The notes under the pieces: model-generated
The model's database searches: none
Told to the model about the DNA's origin: nothing
What the model saw: only the letters and a program-made list of their open reading frames with translations
Program-made: the position numbers and the translations under genes
Source of the DNA: a virus
Virus record (IMG/VR): IMGVR_UViG_2911509878_000001
Span: 1-44,795 of that record
Strand: one strand, 5' to 3'
Length of the DNA stretch: 44,795 nucleotides
Shown: positions 41,061 through 44,795 of the stretch, one piece after another
Numbering within the stretch: the first letter of the stretch is position 1
Layout: each line of letters starts with the position of its first letter

Positions 41061-42546
41061 ATAGAAACTCCTTTGCATAGGGGTTGTAGCTTTCGTTTGC
41101 GGGGGTCTCAAACTTTTGCAGCTGCAATTCTTGATAATTCACCGGATAGGCGAATGTAAGCGCCAGCGCGTCTGCAACGTCGGGGGAGGCTTCGCCTCGA
41201 CGTTTCATTAAGTCCTTCGACTCCAACAAGATTTGGCTTTTGGCATTCAGGTTGTAGGTTGGGGCGGTTAACTCCTTTACTAGGCTGATGTCGGTTTGAT
41301 GTATTTTATCCGGGATGGAGCCGGTGTTGAGGAAGTCCCGCATTGCGCCCCACATCTCCGCGCGCTTGTTGGCGTAGCTGACGCCAGGGTTAACCGTATT
41401 GGAGCCGTCGGGTTTAAAGGCGAAGTTGACTTCGATGACGGGCAAGCCAAGTTCTGCAAGACGGTCGAAGACGCCTGCGCCGATGCCGCCGGTATCAACG
41501 AAAATAACGGCGGCCTGAAGTTCGTAATAAACCTCCATCACCCGCGTGACGGTTTGCATGGTGTTGAGGCCTTGGTAGACTCGAGGCGGTTCGGAAAAAG
41601 CATCTCGACCTTTGCGGGGATAAATGACTGTTTTATCATCACCAAAACGCGCAACATCAACGCCGAGGACGAATGGAACATTCTGTTCAATAACGACTCG
41701 ATCGACGGCCTCTTTGGCGACGGCATAGCTTATGAAGGTGTTTGCGTCTGCACGGGGGAAGCGTCCGAGGATGCGGACGCGGGCGAAGTCGGAGTCCTCG
41801 CCGTAATCCTTAATCCAGTTATTAAGCTGTTGTTTATTGGTACGTTTGACTGCGCGGGAGTCGACTTCACGAGTTGTCCAACGATGCTCGAAGTCACCGC
41901 CGGGGAAACAATGGCGGAAACGGCCAGTGTTTTTTGTTGGGTTCCCGAAAACGCACCAAATGATTTCAGTGTCCTTGTCAGTAAGCGCGCCCTCGGTAGT
42001 TTCCCAAATCAAATCATGGATAGCGGAGGCTTCGTCGAAAATAATGAGAAGACGCTTGCCAGCGTTGTGGAGGCCTGCGAAGGCTTCAACGTTCTTTTCC
42101 GACCACGGCACAATGTCAATCCGCCACTCCCGCGCCTGTTCCTCATCAACGCTGAAAAGAGCAGTGGCGGTGAACTTAAACAACTGTCGGGCGATGAAGA
42201 GGCGGTGCCACTTGGCGATTTCTACCCAGGTTTTTGTTTTAAGCTGGTTTTCCGTATTCGCGGTGACTACCCCGCGTGTGCCTGGGAAGGTGCAGAAGGA
42301 CCACAGAACGATCCAGGCAACAAGTGCGGACTTGCCAATGCCGTGACCAGAAGTGACTGCGATTTGAATTGCCCGATCAACGTTGATGATGCCATCGCGG
42401 AGGTTTGTAAGAACCCAAAGCTGCCATTCGTCTGGGCCTTCTTCCTCTATAAGCTCTCCCGACTCACCCCAAGGAAACGCCCAATAAACGAATGTTACCG
42501 GGTCGTAGGCGTAGGTGCCGAGTTCCTCGATCAGTTCATTTGACAT
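41041..42546 (-). CDS. terL: Terminase large subunit
   Basis: Walker A SGHGIGKS, Walker B LLIIFDEASA, and nuclease-domain LGVDVARFGDD. Start taken at ATG 42546 (the track start at 42603 would overlap the tailspike gene by 44 nt). Confidence 0.85.
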   Translation of the reverse strand: MSNELIEELGTYAYDPVTFVYWAFPWGESGELIEEEGPDEWQLWVLTNLRDGIINVDRAIQIAVTSGHGIGKSALVAWIVLWSFCTFPGTRGVVTANTENQLKTKTWVEIAKWHRLFIARQLFKFTATALFSVDEEQAREWRIDIVPWSEKNVEAFAGLHNAGKRLLIIFDEASAIHDLIWETTEGALTDKDTEIIWCVFGNPTKNTGRFRHCFPGGDFEHRWTTREVDSRAVKRTNKQQLNNWIKDYGEDSDFARVRILGRFPRADANTFISYAVAKEAVDRVVIEQNVPFVLGVDVARFGDDKTVIYPRKGRDAFSEPPRVYQGLNTMQTVTRVMEVYYELQAAVIFVDTGGIGAGVFDRLAELGLPVIEVNFAFKPDGSNTVNPGVSYANKRAEMWGAMRDFLNTGSIPDKIHQTDISLVKELTAPTYNLNAKSQILLESKDLMKRRGEASPDVADALALTFAYPVNYQELQLQKFETPANESYNPYAKEFLYDQSFT

Positions 42547-42559
42547 AAAATATTCCGTT

Positions 42560-44795
42560 TTACCCGCGTAATACGTTCCAATAGCGCGACCACTTTGTGA
42601 CAAGCGGCTCTATCCGCGCGATGCCGTACTCCATCTGCGTCCCAAAGGCGACGGTTACGCTGTGGGAAGTGGCCAAGTTTTCCGTAGTATTTCCAGTGTC
42701 GGCGGTGCCAAAGTGCATTGAGATAATATCAGCATTTGATGTCTCGCCGTTGCCGAACGCACCGCCGTGTAACTTGGTGAAGCTGATTTTTGACTTATGC
42801 GCGGAGGCTTCAAACACACCCGTGATCGTCACGAGATAGACCGCGCCACCGGCATACTGGATATTTGTTGTGCCGCCGGTTCGCCCCTGCCCTCCGAGAA
42901 AGAGGAAAAAGGTAATCGGGGTTCGCGAAGAGGCGTTCGTCCAGCCTGTCTGAATTGTAAACGTCGCCTTCTTTTGCCCGGTCGTGCCAGTGGCAGCAAT
43001 AGATAGGTGGCCGTCTTCCAGAATATCGCGGAAGGTGTAGGGGTCGGGGTTCTTGATATAGGACCGCAGAGAACGTGCGATTTGCTTTGTGGTTGTCGCT
43101 CCAACCGCACGCATCGCGTTGCTGAATGTGGTGTCATCCACATCAATTCGGAATCCATCGTGCGGATTGGCTACCAAGCTATCAGTCTTTGCGACCAGTG
43201 CGCCCTCAGCGTTTCCGAGGGTAAAGAAGCCACAATCTTTAAATGAAACGCTGGCGGGGTATTTAAGCAGGTAAACAAGGCCGCTTTCGGAATTGCCGTT
43301 CTCATACATAACGCCGTGAAAGCCGTTGATTGAACAGGCGTGGAAATTGATAGTAGGCGTCAACGTTTCTTCTTCGCCTATAACATCGTAATCATTCACG
43401 ACGATTGTGTGATTTGACCCCTCATTTGAGAAGCGACAATCGCTAAAATGCACGCCTCGATGCTGCTCTGTGGTGGTGCCTCCTGCGCCGTTGTCTTCCG
43501 TCAGTCTGACCCAAGAGCCACCGATGGTTGCCGATCCCGCAGGAATAAACATGCAGCCGCTGAAATTAATGAGCGAGTTGACGTGGAATGTGTCGGTGGA
43601 GCTACTGCGGCAGGCGATCCAGCTATCGCGAACGTTGATGCAATCGACATACGCTTGCGCAACCTGTACAACATCGCTCTCAAATACACAGCTATCAAAG
43701 TTTACTATCGTGCTTCTTGAGAGAGCGTAGGTGTCTGTATCCAAGAATAGATTTGTCGAGTCGCAAATCACATCCCGAAAAACATATTTGGACGAGTTCA
43801 GGTTGCCGGAACTTATAACAAAAGCCTTGTTTAGGTTATTGAATTGCACACCCTCAACTTCAAGATAACGAACTCCGGAACCCGAGAAGGCCGTCACCGT
43901 CTTTGTGCCGGAGGTGTTGCCTACTATAAGTGCACGCCCGTCACTTACCAAACGTACAAAACGGTGTCCTTCCACATTTATCGTTGAGTCGATACGAAAC
44001 TCTCCTCCGTCTGGGAGGAGTACTTCAGGAGACACACTAGCGAAAGTTGAACTACCTGGCCACTGTGCGCTATTGGCAACAACTTCAACAGCATCAAACG
44101 CGGCTTGAATTGCTGCAGCATCGTTTGTCAATCCATTTCCTAACGCGCCGAAGGCCTTTACGTTGTAACGGTTCTTGTCGGGAATAACATTAAATCCAGC
44201 AGCGTCGGGGATTTGGGTTGAACCAGCCGTAGCTTTATAGTCACTTTCAGCTGTGATAATTGTACCATCAGGCCAGGTTTGATTTCTCCCTATAGCTGCA
44301 ATAAATCTTGCGCGGGTGGTGAAAGTTGGCCCGGCTTCGTAAAGTTTAACCCCGTCAGTACGAGTTTCGTCTGGAGACAATTCTGAAGATGGAGCCACTT
44401 TAAAGGAGGTTTTACCGGTGGTTATGAACAGAGTATCCCCCTCGGCAAAATTTGTGGTGTCAGCCAGCAATTCCGCCATGCTATCGTAGTATTTTGAAAC
44501 TAATATTTCAGTTGCGTTTGCAAAATCTTGTGCCTCGTTTTTAGCTGTAACCGCATCGTTACGAGCTTGTATTGTTTGTTCGAGACTATCAGTCGCAATA
44601 ATCACGTCTTGGGTTATTAAATTACTAAAGGTGGCAGTGGCTTCGTTAGGCACCACTATAGTAAAGCGCCAAACTTTACCCTCGACTGTGGTCTCGACGA
44701 GGTAATAGCCTGTGTATAAGGAAATAGAAATGTTACCGGAGCCGTCAGTATTAACAGTTTCCGTCTCGGGTAAAAGAACGCCAGCTACCGAACCA
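42560..44795 (-). CDS. Tailspike with pectate-lyase-type beta-helix (putative polysaccharide depolymerase); the 5' end continues at 56..153 across the circular junction (777 aa in total)
   Basis: YNVKAFGALGNGLTNDAAAIQAAFDA is the Pectate_lyase_3 signature. The frame stays open upstream of the track start (GTG 44656) to the window end and stays in frame with 1..153. Confidence 0.8.
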   Translation of the reverse strand, partial: GSVAGVLLPETETVNTDGSGNISISLYTGYYLVETTVEGKVWRFTIVVPNEATATFSNLITQDVIIATDSLEQTIQARNDAVTAKNEAQDFANATEILVSKYYDSMAELLADTTNFAEGDTLFITTGKTSFKVAPSSELSPDETRTDGVKLYEAGPTFTTRARFIAAIGRNQTWPDGTIITAESDYKATAGSTQIPDAAGFNVIPDKNRYNVKAFGALGNGLTNDAAAIQAAFDAVEVVANSAQWPGSSTFASVSPEVLLPDGGEFRIDSTINVEGHRFVRLVSDGRALIVGNTSGTKTVTAFSGSGVRYLEVEGVQFNNLNKAFVISSGNLNSSKYVFRDVICDSTNLFLDTDTYALSRSTIVNFDSCVFESDVVQVAQAYVDCINVRDSWIACRSSSTDTFHVNSLINFSGCMFIPAGSATIGGSWVRLTEDNGAGGTTTEQHRGVHFSDCRFSNEGSNHTIVVNDYDVIGEEETLTPTINFHACSINGFHGVMYENGNSESGLVYLLKYPASVSFKDCGFFTLGNAEGALVAKTDSLVANPHDGFRIDVDDTTFSNAMRAVGATTTKQIARSLRSYIKNPDPYTFRDILEDGHLSIAATGTTGQKKATFTIQTGWTNASSRTPITFFLFLGGQGRTGGTTNIQYAGGAVYLVTITGVFEASAHKSKISFTKLHGGAFGNGETSNADIISMHFGTADTGNTTENLATSHSVTVAFGTQMEYGIARIEPLVTKWSRYWNVLRG
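44741..44795. repeat. Terminal overlap, copy 2 (identical to 1..55)
   Basis: Exact 55-bp identity with the window start. Confidence 0.95.

Noticed and set aside
41296-42543. 415-aa ORF on the + strand
   Set aside because: It lies entirely antisense to the large terminase gene, whose Walker A, Walker B and nuclease motifs are unambiguous on the minus strand. The + frame product is low-complexity and has no SD or start context.
44741-44795. The 55-bp terminal repeat as genuine direct terminal repeats (physical genome ends)
   Set aside because: The repeat lies in the middle of the tailspike coding sequence. The ORF is only intact when the ends are merged, and 55 bp equals a standard assembler k-mer. 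An assembly overlap is the simpler explanation.
42560-44795. Diversity-generating retroelement, looked for because the head genes are BPP-1-like
   Set aside because: No reverse-transcriptase-like ORF (no YxDD motif) exists anywhere in the genome. I saw no template or variable repeat pair near the 3' end of the tailspike gene.
1-44795. tRNA genes, CRISPR arrays, integrase/att sites and transposases
   Set aside because: None was recognisable. The non-coding DNA is limited to a few short gaps, and none shows cloverleaf potential or regularly spaced repeats. Absence would need tRNAscan or minCED-type confirmation.

Overview
The window is one complete dsDNA tailed-phage genome with a podovirus-like structural module. 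It was linearised arbitrarily. Bases 1-55 are identical to 44741-44795, so the unique circle is about 44,740 bp. The repeat lies inside a tailspike ORF that is only complete when the ends are joined.

The genome has two divergent arms that leave a 323-bp control region (741-1063) and converge, overlapping by 14 bp, at 23290-23303.

- Rightward arm (1064-23303, + strand): about 55 tightly coupled genes. There are many small early ORFs, a lipoprotein and an ImmA/IrrE-like remnant. There is also a classical AAA ATPase, a UvrD-like helicase, a HIRAN protein and an RHH protein. A Cas4-like nuclease and a Sak4-like ATPase form a recombination module. The arm ends with a ParB-methyltransferase fusion, a family-A DNA polymerase and a P-loop helicase-like protein.
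- Leftward arm (740 -> wrap -> 23290, - strand): HTH protein, pectate-lyase-like tailspike, large terminase, portal, scaffold, major capsid and putative cement protein. These are followed by T7-like tail tubular A/B proteins and three internal-core/ejection proteins, one of which has two peptidoglycan-hydrolase domains. The arm ends in a lysis cassette of holin, small membrane peptide, amidase endolysin and overlapping i-/o-spanins.

I could not recognise an integrase, repressor, phage RNA polymerase, primase, tRNA or CRISPR array.

Most notable observations:
1. The DNA polymerase is split inside its 3'-5' exonuclease domain by a four-gene insert, and it carries an N-terminal UDG-like domain.
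2. A large palindromic, AT-centred, origin-like element sits at 1631-1899.
3. Conserved stop/start junction motifs and 13-bp direct repeats bracket small genes, which suggests cassette exchange.
4. A Cdc48/FtsH-type AAA ATPase is encoded in the early region.

All functional calls come from motif recognition by eye. No database search was possible.
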